Source of the DNA: a virus
Strand: one strand, 5' to 3'
DNA: 64,000 nt
Virus record (IMG/VR): IMGVR_UViG_3300023179_000094
Coordinates: 7,397 to 71,396 of that record
Shown here: one piece after another, positions 10,106 through 18,580 of the stretch
Numbering within the stretch: the stretch's first letter is position 1
Layout of the letters: the number at the start of each line of letters is the position of its first letter
Notes under the pieces: generated by a model
The model's input: the letters and a program-made list of their open reading frames with translations, nothing else
What the model was told of the DNA's origin: nothing
Database searches by the model: none
Translations under genes and position numbers: made by a program

Positions 10106-11200
10106 ATGGATCCAAAAAATTTATCACCAGAAAAAATCTTACAAGAAAAAGAAAAACTTGGCGGAATTTCTTTCGATGACGGCATAGCCGATCTAAACCC
10201 AATTAATCCTTTAGAGGTAAGGGCAGAGAAAGAAGCCAATGCTTTATTTCAACAGGCACAAGAAAAAACCGAAGCCCCATCTCATACAAGATTGGCCGAG
10301 CAAATCAAACTTGAGCCTATTCTCACCGCAAGTCCAGAAAATACTATCCCAAGGGATTTCGGACCTTCTGACTTGGGATGGAAAAATTTACCTCCTTCCC
10401 TTCTTCCCTCTGGAGGACTATTTTACCCTGAAGGAGTTCAAATCGCTATACGTCCTGCGGAGATAAGAGAAATAAGACACTTTTCAACCATCGATGAAAC
10501 AGACATGCTTGACATTGATACCAAATTAAATTTGATTCTTGAAAGATGCTGTGTAATCAAGTTTCCCCAATACGGAGTTGTGTCCTACAAAGAAATCAAA
10601 CAAGAGGATCGTTTTTTTATCATTATGACCATTAGAGATTTGACCTTCGTTAGGGGGGAAAATATAATTGTTTTAAAACCTAAAACTACTTGTGCAACCG
10701 GAGATTGCCCGTTTCAAAATGGTGTTGAGCTAAGGACTGGGGTTTTATCCAAATATTCTATAGATGAGAAATTGATGTCCTATTATTCCAAATCGGATAG
10801 AAAGTTCGTTCTGAATATTTCAAAGTTATCTAGAACCATCAAATTAACAGTTCCTTCAATAGGTGTTGTAGATGCAATCTCTACTTATGTTCGAAATAGA
10901 ATTAGAAAAGGAATGGATGTAGATGAAAGTTTCATCAAAATAGCACCACATCTCTACGAAGATTGGAGAGGTTTAGATGAAAACCGATTGGCTGAACTTG
11001 AAGAGTCATCAAATTCCTGGTCCAAGGAGGAATTTTCTATTTTATTTCAAGTAGCAGACTTACTCAAGATAGGTACTAAGCTGGAGGTTAATTTACCTTG
11101 TTCTAAATGCGGTGCTCAGGAGGTCACCGCACCAATTTCCTTTCCCGGAGGGATCAGATCTCTTTTCGTTATTTCAGATATCTTTGGAGAACTACTTTGA
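10106..11200 (+). CDS. Baseplate hub/tail assembly chaperone (T4 gp26-like)
   Basis: LPSGGLFYP, IRPAEIRE, EDRFFII, CxxxxC and CxxC motifs; lies between the tubes and the tape-measure-like gene. Confidence 0.65.
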   Translation: MDPKNLSPEKILQEKEKLGGISFDDGIADLNPINPLEVRAEKEANALFQQAQEKTEAPSHTRLAEQIKLEPILTASPENTIPRDFGPSDLGWKNLPPSLLPSGGLFYPEGVQIAIRPAEIREIRHFSTIDETDMLDIDTKLNLILERCCVIKFPQYGVVSYKEIKQEDRFFIIMTIRDLTFVRGENIIVLKPKTTCATGDCPFQNGVELRTGVLSKYSIDEKLMSYYSKSDRKFVLNISKLSRTIKLTVPSIGVVDAISTYVRNRIRKGMDVDESFIKIAPHLYEDWRGLDENRLAELEESSNSWSKEEFSILFQVADLLKIGTKLEVNLPCSKCGAQEVTAPISFPGGIRSLFVISDIFGELL

Positions 11201-11372
11201 TTTGAAATTCCGCCTTTGGAACGAACACAAATTAGATCCGGAATGGATAGAAAAAATTCCATACTACGAGTTTCAAATTTGGTTGGATAAAATTAACAAG
11301 TCTGTAGAAAAACAAAACAAAGAAAATATGGAGGATTCTGGCCAATCTGAGGTGTTTAATTTTTCTAAATGA
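11142..11372 (+). CDS. Short overlapping tail-assembly/hub-assembly ORF, probably reached by +1 frameshift from the upstream gene
   Basis: ISLENYFDLKFRLWNEHKLDPEWIEKIPYYEFQIWL resembles the small hub-assembly proteins of T4-like phages; no ATG near its 5' end; overlaps the upstream ORF in the +1 frame. Confidence 0.6.
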   Translation, partial: FPEGSDLFSLFQISLENYFDLKFRLWNEHKLDPEWIEKIPYYEFQIWLDKINKSVEKQNKENMEDSGQSEVFNFSK

Positions 11373-11412
11373 TTTCCATTTCAAAGGATGGGATATATAA
11401 ATTAGTTTTATT

Positions 11413-13002
11413 ATGGCACAGGACACAGCTAGCATTTTGAAGGAGCTATCTTCTCTTTCCAGTAATTTAGATTCTTTAGCTCGGGAGCTTAAAGAACAAA
11501 ATAAAATTTCTGCAGAAACCAACAAAAATACGAACCAACTTATCAATGAATTAAAACAGGAAAACAAATCTGGGTCACAAAAGTCCACTGAAGAAAAGGT
11601 GGATTCAAAAATGTTTGAAAAAATGGTTGGATCTTTTTCTAAAGAATTAGAAAAAACTTTAGGGAAGCAGGCAGAGCAAGATTCGAAGACAGCGAATTCT
11701 AAAAAATCGGATGGCGTAGGTTCTAAATCTAACCTTTCTGATTTATTGAAAGAAATGAAAGAATCCATTGCAAAAAATCAGATGAAGCCAGCAGAAGTGA
11801 AACCAAATTTTCCGAACTTGGATTTGACTAAAATTTTAGGTTTGGATAAGTTACCTAAACTAAAAGATGGGGGACAAATTCAAAAGGATGGGATGGCTAT
11901 TGTAGGCGAAGAAGGACCGGAAATTGTAAAGTTGAAAAAAGATCAGAAAGTTATCAATCAAGATGAACTTTATAAATCCGCTTTAGAAGATATGGAGGAA
12001 GACAGAAAAAGACGAGCTAATCCAGAAAAACAGGATTTGTCTGTGGTTGCTCCTCAGCAAAGATTGGCAGACATAAAAAATACAAAACAAAAAGAAATAG
12101 ACCCAGCAAAATCCCAAATAAATGAAATTTTAGCTGGAAAAAATTCTAATTCTCTGCAGGATCTTGTCACCCAAATGCCTACACTAGAAGGTTTCATAGA
12201 AAATAAATTTGGTGTTAAAGTACCAAAAGCTGCTATTCAAAAAGAAAGAGAAGATCTTTTGAAATCTGATCTAGATTACTACACCAAATATCCAGAAGAT
12301 CTTCAAGAGGACCTTGATTATTTTATAGAGTCCTATAAGGAAGCACCCGAACCAACCGAAACCCAACCAATCTCTGTTTTATCATCTCTTACACAAAAAG
12401 AACAAGGGCAAAAAATACCAGGGCTTACGGACGGAATTAAACCAGAAACAGATTCAAAAAGTAAATCTAAAAAAGAAAATAAGAAAAATCAAGAATCTGT
12501 AATTTCCCCTACTAAGCCTAAACTTTTGGAATCATTAAAGGCCAAGGGAAAAGAATTTGGTTCCAAATTAAAGGAAAATTTGACTAAAGGAATCAAAGAT
12601 TACGAACAATCTTTATCCCAAAAGACTCCAGAAAGTGGGAAACAAACTATGGATTATATATCCAACCAAATGGGAAACTTAGTTGAAAGAATGGATTCAT
12701 CTAAAGTAAAGAAAGAAACCCCAACTTTAAAAAAACCAGATGAAAAAAGGTCAACAACATCTTCGCCTCAACAAGCTACACCATCGCCAAGCATATTAAC
12801 CCCTGATAAAGTAGAAAAAACACCCCCACAAGCTCCAACAAAAACAAAGGAAACCCCTAAAGGAACAAAAGAAGGCGAAACTTTATCCTCTTCGGACATT
12901 AAAGAAATAAAAGGCCTTTTGGCAGGAATTTATAAATCTTTATCGGGTCCTTTAAGAATAGCAAATGACACGCCATTCAGGCCAAGTTCTAATATAATTT
13001 GA
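11413..13002 (+). CDS. Tape-measure-like / baseplate hub protein (K/E/S-rich)
   Basis: LPKLKDGG...AIVGEEGPEIV motif typical of tape-measure proteins; late motif at 11392; follows the chaperone genes. Confidence 0.45.
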   Translation: MAQDTASILKELSSLSSNLDSLARELKEQNKISAETNKNTNQLINELKQENKSGSQKSTEEKVDSKMFEKMVGSFSKELEKTLGKQAEQDSKTANSKKSDGVGSKSNLSDLLKEMKESIAKNQMKPAEVKPNFPNLDLTKILGLDKLPKLKDGGQIQKDGMAIVGEEGPEIVKLKKDQKVINQDELYKSALEDMEEDRKRRANPEKQDLSVVAPQQRLADIKNTKQKEIDPAKSQINEILAGKNSNSLQDLVTQMPTLEGFIENKFGVKVPKAAIQKEREDLLKSDLDYYTKYPEDLQEDLDYFIESYKEAPEPTETQPISVLSSLTQKEQGQKIPGLTDGIKPETDSKSKSKKENKKNQESVISPTKPKLLESLKAKGKEFGSKLKENLTKGIKDYEQSLSQKTPESGKQTMDYISNQMGNLVERMDSSKVKKETPTLKKPDEKRSTTSSPQQATPSPSILTPDKVEKTPPQAPTKTKETPKGTKEGETLSSSDIKEIKGLLAGIYKSLSGPLRIANDTPFRPSSNII

Positions 13003-13040
13003 AAAATCAGGTTAAATTTTTATTTGTCAAAGAAGTTGGC

Positions 13041-13048
13041 TATATTTG
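13041..13048 (+). promoter_or_regulatory. Bacteroidota-type housekeeping promoter -7 element (TAnnTTTG)
   Basis: TATATTTG 22 nt upstream of the dCMP deaminase ATG; the same motif is at 53528. Confidence 0.55.
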
Positions 13049-13070
13049 AACTTTCCAAACCAAATTTCTT

Positions 13071-13649
13071 ATGAGCACCAATAAATTTAAATTTAAAGAA
13101 ATTCCAGTGGATGAGTTTTTTCGGGACTTGGGCTCATATGAAGAATTTTCCTGGGTGGCAAAACCTAACTTCAAAAATGTTTTTCTTTTTGGTGAAATTG
13201 AAAATTTGAAAGACGAAACCTTTTACAAACCAAAAGATATTAAAATTGATCCTGTATATTTGGCCATGGCTGAAATCTGGGCACAAAATTCACATTGCAG
13301 AAGAATGAAGGTAGGTAGTCTAATTGTAAAAGATAAATCCATTATAGCCGATGGTTATAATGGATCTCCTACGGGATTTCCAAATGAGTGCGAAGATGAA
13401 AATTTTGTGACTTTGAGCTATGTGCTACATGCCGAAGCTAATGCAATCACCAAACTTGCCAAGAGCACACAGAGTTCAGAAGGATCAACTATGTACGTAA
13501 CTGTTTCTCCTTGTTTTGAATGTTCTAAATTGATCATTCAATCGGGAATCAAAAGAGTAGTTTTTGGCAAGGTCTACAGAAAACCAGAGCCTCTGTCTTT
13601 CTTATTGGAGGCAGGTTTAGAAATTGTAAAATTGGGAAAAAAAATCTAG
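13071..13649 (+). CDS. dCMP deaminase
   Basis: GYNG, HAEANAI and PCxxC zinc motifs. Confidence 0.93.
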   Translation: MSTNKFKFKEIPVDEFFRDLGSYEEFSWVAKPNFKNVFLFGEIENLKDETFYKPKDIKIDPVYLAMAEIWAQNSHCRRMKVGSLIVKDKSIIADGYNGSPTGFPNECEDENFVTLSYVLHAEANAITKLAKSTQSSEGSTMYVTVSPCFECSKLIIQSGIKRVVFGKVYRKPEPLSFLLEAGLEIVKLGKKI

Positions 13650-13660
13650 GGAACAAAAAA

Positions 13661-14278
13661 ATGGCAAAGGAGAAAAACATTCAGGTATTAGCAGAAAATT
13701 TTATTCAGGGTAAAGACGATATGTCTTTCAAATTTTTATTTGAGAGGTTGAAACCAGGGGTCTTGAACCACTGTTTTACAATCCTCAACGACATGGAATT
13801 AGCAGAGGATGCTTTTTTAAATTCTATGTCCAAGGTCTGGCAAAAAATAGACCAATATGATGTGGAGAAGGGAAATTTTTCCACTTGGTGCTACAATATA
13901 GCAAAAAATGAATCTTTACTTTTACAAAAAAGTAGAAAAAGACTTGTAACAAAAACCACTGAAGAAATCGAATTGGATTCAACCAAGATGGACTCAGACT
14001 CAGTGGTTTATTCGGTGGAAGAAGATCCTATCTGGAGTTTCCTATCAGGCGGATCTGATATTGATGAAGTTTATGAGCAGGTTGTAGATGAAATTAGAGA
14101 TCTTCCGGAACTTTATAGGGATATCATGATCGATAGAGAGATCTATGGTATGAAGTACAAGGATATAGCTGATAAGTATGGAATTAAGAAAAGATCTATC
14201 GCTACAAGAATCAGAAGGGCCAGAACAAAAATTCGAAAGAAAATCGAGACACTGACGAAAAAAAATTCAAAAAAATGA
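13661..14278 (+). CDS. ECF-type RNA polymerase sigma factor
   Basis: Region 2 AEDAF...FSTWCYNIAKN; region 4 LPELYR...MKYKDIA...ATRIRRAR. Confidence 0.88.
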   Translation: MAKEKNIQVLAENFIQGKDDMSFKFLFERLKPGVLNHCFTILNDMELAEDAFLNSMSKVWQKIDQYDVEKGNFSTWCYNIAKNESLLLQKSRKRLVTKTTEEIELDSTKMDSDSVVYSVEEDPIWSFLSGGSDIDEVYEQVVDEIRDLPELYRDIMIDREIYGMKYKDIADKYGIKKRSIATRIRRARTKIRKKIETLTKKNSKK

Positions 14279-14757
14279 TTGACTTTCTAGGTAGAATCAT
14301 AGTCACCCTTCGATTGTGGGATGTTCTCAAGGACCTGAAATTATATTCAGATTATCTCACGATTATTAAAAAAGAGTCATTGAGTTCTCCTCAGTGGAGC
14401 AAACTAAGATTAAGAAAAGATTGGTTTGGTAGAATTTACACTGTGGTAAATCTTCCGCCAGAGGTAACACAATCCAGAGATTTCCCTGACGATGCCAGAC
14501 CAGCTTTTGTTTTCGAAGAAATCAGACCTATCAACGAATACCTAACCCGCCTAAATTTGCACGAAATAATTGCTCCTTGGTTACAGCCCATCAAAGAAAC
14601 TGGCGGTGATTCATTTTTAGTTATTTATTATTTTGTGTATCGCGAATTGAGTTGGATTTGGTTGCTAAGATTCTGTTTGGAAATGGTAGCTTTTGGTTAT
14701 TTGATTAGGAATTGGGAACAGATCATGCAATTTGTAAATTCATTCATATCGTGGTAA
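14275..14757 (+). CDS. Hypothetical protein with C-terminal hydrophobic segment
   Basis: ORF coupled to the sigma gene (ATGA overlap). Confidence 0.6.
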   Translation: MIDFLGRIIVTLRLWDVLKDLKLYSDYLTIIKKESLSSPQWSKLRLRKDWFGRIYTVVNLPPEVTQSRDFPDDARPAFVFEEIRPINEYLTRLNLHEIIAPWLQPIKETGGDSFLVIYYFVYRELSWIWLLRFCLEMVAFGYLIRNWEQIMQFVNSFISW

Positions 14758-15551
14758 ATTGGGAAGAAGTAATAAATGAGTACCAAAAAAAATTGGATTT
14801 TTTCAAAGATCCATACTTTATTTTTGAAGAAAACAGCCACTCTTATTCTTACCAAGGGATAACATACGATTCAGTAACAACTTTTCTAAGAAGATTCAAA
14901 ATTCCATTCGATCGTGATTATTGGATCAAAAGAAAAGCTTCAGAAGCGGGTGTTGATCCTTCTGTAATAGAAAATGATTGGACACAAAAAGCAGTTACTG
15001 CAGCTTCACTTGGAACCCGTGTTCACAAATGGATCGAAGATTTTTGGTCTGGCGATAATCCAGAAATGCCAGAGAAAGAAGAGGATATCAGAAGAGTTCA
15101 TTCTTTTCTCAATTTATATGAATCAAGATTGAAAAAATTGAAGCCTTTGAAATCAGAGCTAAAAATTTTTTCTAAAAAATGGAAATTGGCTGGAACTATC
15201 GACCAACCTTTTTTAATGTGGGACGAGAAACAAAACAAGCTTTTGTTTCTTATTGGTGACTGGAAAACCAACAAAGAGTTCAAGGATGACCACCACCCTA
15301 AAGGAAGATACAAAAAACTTCTTCATCCATTTGTTGATTTATATGAAAATTCACACAACGAGTATTCAATTCAAATTAGCTTGTACCGTTTGATTTTAGA
15401 GGAAGAACTGGGGATAGAAACTCATGGAGGTTTTTTAGTTCATATTGGACCGGAATCTGAAGCCAAAATTTATCCAGTTAAAGATTTAAGAGAAAGACTG
15501 AAAATTTATTTACAACAAAATCGGGAAGATTTCGATGTTTTTAAGGTCTAA
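14712..15551 (+). CDS. PD-(D/E)XK exonuclease (lambda-exo/Cas4-like fold); start uncertain
   Basis: SVTT, GTRVH, SE...LAGTID...IGDWKT, QISLY motifs. Confidence 0.8.
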   Translation: MGTDHAICKFIHIVVNWEEVINEYQKKLDFFKDPYFIFEENSHSYSYQGITYDSVTTFLRRFKIPFDRDYWIKRKASEAGVDPSVIENDWTQKAVTAASLGTRVHKWIEDFWSGDNPEMPEKEEDIRRVHSFLNLYESRLKKLKPLKSELKIFSKKWKLAGTIDQPFLMWDEKQNKLLFLIGDWKTNKEFKDDHHPKGRYKKLLHPFVDLYENSHNEYSIQISLYRLILEEELGIETHGGFLVHIGPESEAKIYPVKDLRERLKIYLQQNREDFDVFKV

Positions 15552-15601
15552 TTTTTGAAACAAATTTAGAATCGCATGTAAGATCAATAAAAAATTTTAT
15601 C

Positions 15602-16126
15602 ATGGGAAAAAAGATTTCAACAAAAAATTCGGAAGTTGTCAATGAGGTTCTTCCAGTTAATTCAAACGATTTTGAAGGATTAGATGTTCCATTCCAATTG
15701 GATCAAAAAAGAATCCAAGAATGTGAAAAAAGATTACAGGAAGCAAAAGAAAAATTTTCCAGTAAATTGTATGCAATCAAATTCGAAAAATCGGAACACA
15801 TTCAGATTTTCTATAATTACATGTTGGAAGAAGCCGAATGGAAAGAAAGAGAAGCGGTTGGAATTATAGAAATTAACAAGTTGATTACAAAATTCAAGAA
15901 GGAAAAGATTAAAGAAAACACCTTATTTATTGAGGCAACTCCCTTGGATGCTATTTATTATTTCCTATCTAAAAAAACCGGAAAGGGTTTGAAAGAAGCC
16001 GAAAATTTCGTTTCTATTCTGAGACCTTTTGGAATTGCATCAGAAATTTCTAAACAGGATGCACAAAGTATCGCTAACTTAGAAAAAGAATTAGCCGCTG
16101 CACAGCAAGGTATAGATCTCGTTTAG
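15602..16126 (+). CDS. Hypothetical protein
   Basis: ORF with A-rich leader; GAAAC-N17-TAA motif upstream. Confidence 0.65.
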   Translation: MGKKISTKNSEVVNEVLPVNSNDFEGLDVPFQLDQKRIQECEKRLQEAKEKFSSKLYAIKFEKSEHIQIFYNYMLEEAEWKEREAVGIIEINKLITKFKKEKIKENTLFIEATPLDAIYYFLSKKTGKGLKEAENFVSILRPFGIASEISKQDAQSIANLEKELAAAQQGIDLV

Positions 16127-16250
16127 AAAAATCTAGGATTGTAATTTTACTTTCCTAATTTTTTATTTTGATCGATTTCAATTTTCTTATTTCTAATTTG
16201 AAGAGAATCTGTTCGGAATCTAGATATATACTAAAATAAAAATCAATAAC

Positions 16251-16529
16251 ATGCTACAGAAAATCAAAGCAAATTTTGAAGTCATTCTTTTGTTTTTATT
16301 TATAGGGCTTTTTTTAAAACAGTGTGGAATGGGGAGAGATATAGAAAGAATAAAAAAAGAAAATACTAGAATTTCGAGCAAAATGGACTCATTAGTTACG
16401 AAAAAAGATTTGATCATAGAAGGTTTGAAAACTGAAAATAGAATGATTCAATCGACAGACAGGAAATTGCTTGACGTTAACCGATCAGCGGTAATCAGAC
16501 AAGAAATTGAAAAATTAGAATCAAGATGA
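16251..16529 (+). CDS. Small membrane-anchored coiled-coil protein
   Basis: N-terminal TM (VILLFLFIGLFL) followed by KQCG; late motif at 16223. Confidence 0.6.
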   Translation: MLQKIKANFEVILLFLFIGLFLKQCGMGRDIERIKKENTRISSKMDSLVTKKDLIIEGLKTENRMIQSTDRKLLDVNRSAVIRQEIEKLESR

Positions 16530-17296
16530 ACAAGAATTTACATTGGTTTATAATTTCAACCTTTGTATCTTTGTATTTGGTGGTTAGTATAATTTCTACT
16601 ATACACGTTATTGACTTTTTCAAACTTTCAAATCCAGACTGGCTTGCCATTTTTCTTGCTATTTCGTTTGAAATAGGAGCAGCTGCCTCTCTCGCTTCTT
16701 TGATTGTACTTAAAAAAATGAACAAGACCTTGGTATGGCTTTTATTTTTTGTTTTGACAGCAATGCAAGGAATGGGAAACACATATTATGCGTTCATAAA
16801 TCTTGAAAATTTTGAAGCTTGGAGTCAACTTTTCGGATTGGAAGAAGAAGAGCTCATTTACCAAAAGAGAATACTTAGTATTATTTCAGGGGCTATTCTC
16901 CCTTTGGTATCTTTAGGATTTATAAAGTCTCTTGTTGATTACATTAAACCTGACGAATCAGCAAAAAACGAAGAACCTCTAAATCAGTTAGAAACTGGGG
17001 GTAATCTAATCAATCACGAACAAGAAATAAATTCAAAAATAGTAAGAGAAGAAATTATTCAAGAAACAATCATCGATGGAGGTTTACCAACCGCAGAATT
17101 TCCAAAGGGAGAAACCTCTGAATTTTTAATGACGTCAGATGAAAATACTAACAATGATGAAGATTTGAAACAGTTCGGCGATGAAATAAAAGAAATTGGA
17201 AAAGTTGAAACTGTAGAAATCACAAATGCAAATTCCAATAGACCAAAAAGAAGTGATAATCCAAAGGCACCTTGGATAGATCCGGCCAGATTATAA
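16526..17296 (+). CDS. Multi-pass membrane protein with acidic tail
   Basis: About four hydrophobic helices, then a D/E/N-rich C-terminus. Confidence 0.65.
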   Translation: MNKNLHWFIISTFVSLYLVVSIISTIHVIDFFKLSNPDWLAIFLAISFEIGAAASLASLIVLKKMNKTLVWLLFFVLTAMQGMGNTYYAFINLENFEAWSQLFGLEEEELIYQKRILSIISGAILPLVSLGFIKSLVDYIKPDESAKNEEPLNQLETGGNLINHEQEINSKIVREEIIQETIIDGGLPTAEFPKGETSEFLMTSDENTNNDEDLKQFGDEIKEIGKVETVEITNANSNRPKRSDNPKAPWIDPARL

Positions 17297-17298
17297 AA

Positions 17299-17976
17299 AT
17301 GTCCAATGGGAATAATTCAATAACAGGTGGAGATTTAGATATCTATGGAGGAAGTTCGGCAGCGGTTACTGGGGGAACATATTTCGGTGAAGGTTCTTCA
17401 CAGATAGGATTGGACCCAGGACCTTCTGCAAATTTTGATACTCAATATACTCTGATTGCCTTAAACCCTGGGGGTTTAGAAAGAGTTAATTTGACATTCT
17501 CAAACTTCAATGACCCGAAAAATATTCGGTTTTATAATACATCTATGAATGTTGCTTGGCAAGATGTAACCGAACAAAAATTAGATTTGGTAGATTTTTT
17601 CTATCCAGTTCGAGATTTTTCAGGATATCAACAACAAACTTTTGTTATAGCTCCTTATACATCGGTTAATCTAGATCAGGGTGATTTTGACACAACCCTG
17701 GGCGAAATTGGTTTATTTATGGCAAGAGCACAATTTTATGCAGATGCTACACCAGATCAAAGAATGCTTTACTGGGAATACAAAGGTTCCCGTTACATCA
17801 TGGCAGATTTTATGATGTTAACAGGTCAGGTAAAAAACGGTCAAATTTGGAAGGGATGGCAAACCAGTAATAATGTTAGTTCAGAGGTAGGTTACACTGG
17901 AGCTGCAACCGGAGGATTTGTATTCTCAAATCCAACCGAGTACAATGTAAAATTAACGGTTCTAACCGCAAGTTAA
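17299..17976 (+). CDS. Putative virion structural protein, paralog A
   Basis: ATG at 17299 just after the upstream stop; shares YWxYxG, LxG and GGxxFxNP...VKLxVL with the next ORF. Confidence 0.55.
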   Translation: MSNGNNSITGGDLDIYGGSSAAVTGGTYFGEGSSQIGLDPGPSANFDTQYTLIALNPGGLERVNLTFSNFNDPKNIRFYNTSMNVAWQDVTEQKLDLVDFFYPVRDFSGYQQQTFVIAPYTSVNLDQGDFDTTLGEIGLFMARAQFYADATPDQRMLYWEYKGSRYIMADFMMLTGQVKNGQIWKGWQTSNNVSSEVGYTGAATGGFVFSNPTEYNVKLTVLTAS

Positions 17977-17977
17977 A

Positions 17978-18520
17978 ATGGCAACTAGACCTATACTCTG
18001 TCCCCCTATCCCTCCCAATGGTTGGGTTTTCTTCAAAAACCAATTTATGTTGGAGGAAGATTTCAATTATACAACTTTTTTTAATTTCAAAGATTTATTC
18101 TTTGATGTTCAGGATTACTCAAGATTGATGATCACACTTAAAAGAACTAAATCAATAAAACTAAGTCAAACCGATATTGGAACCGAAGGATTTGTGAGAT
18201 GGATAGCAGTTAAAGTTCAATATCCAGCTCCTAAAAATCCGATATTATTCGCTTCACAAACCCCAATTATTCCCGGAGTTCCGACTCCTACTAACGGTAC
18301 ACCACAAATTCAAAAATACATTTATTGGAACTATCAAGGAAAAACTTACAACTTAGGAGAACTTATGGTGTTGAGCGGGAACCCCCTAGGATCTACCGAT
18401 TCCGATGTAACTGGATGGAATTTGAGCGAATATGATTTACTTTATTCTGGTGGAGGAATCACTTTTACCAATCCCCATCCCGATTTTGATGTTAAGCTAC
18501 AAGTTCTTGTTGCTAAATAA
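17978..18520 (+). CDS. Putative virion structural protein, paralog B
   Basis: IYWNYQG, LMVLSG, GGITFTNP...VKLQVLVA. Confidence 0.55.
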   Translation: MATRPILCPPIPPNGWVFFKNQFMLEEDFNYTTFFNFKDLFFDVQDYSRLMITLKRTKSIKLSQTDIGTEGFVRWIAVKVQYPAPKNPILFASQTPIIPGVPTPTNGTPQIQKYIYWNYQGKTYNLGELMVLSGNPLGSTDSDVTGWNLSEYDLLYSGGGITFTNPHPDFDVKLQVLVAK

Positions 18521-18580
18521 AAAAATTCAGAAAACGAAAGTTCTGAATGATATATAGAACGTAAAAAAATTCAAAACAAA

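Noticed and set aside
14712-15551. Cas4 / CRISPR adaptation gene
   Set aside because: PD-(D/E)XK motifs are present, but the Fe-S cysteines, other cas genes and an array are absent.
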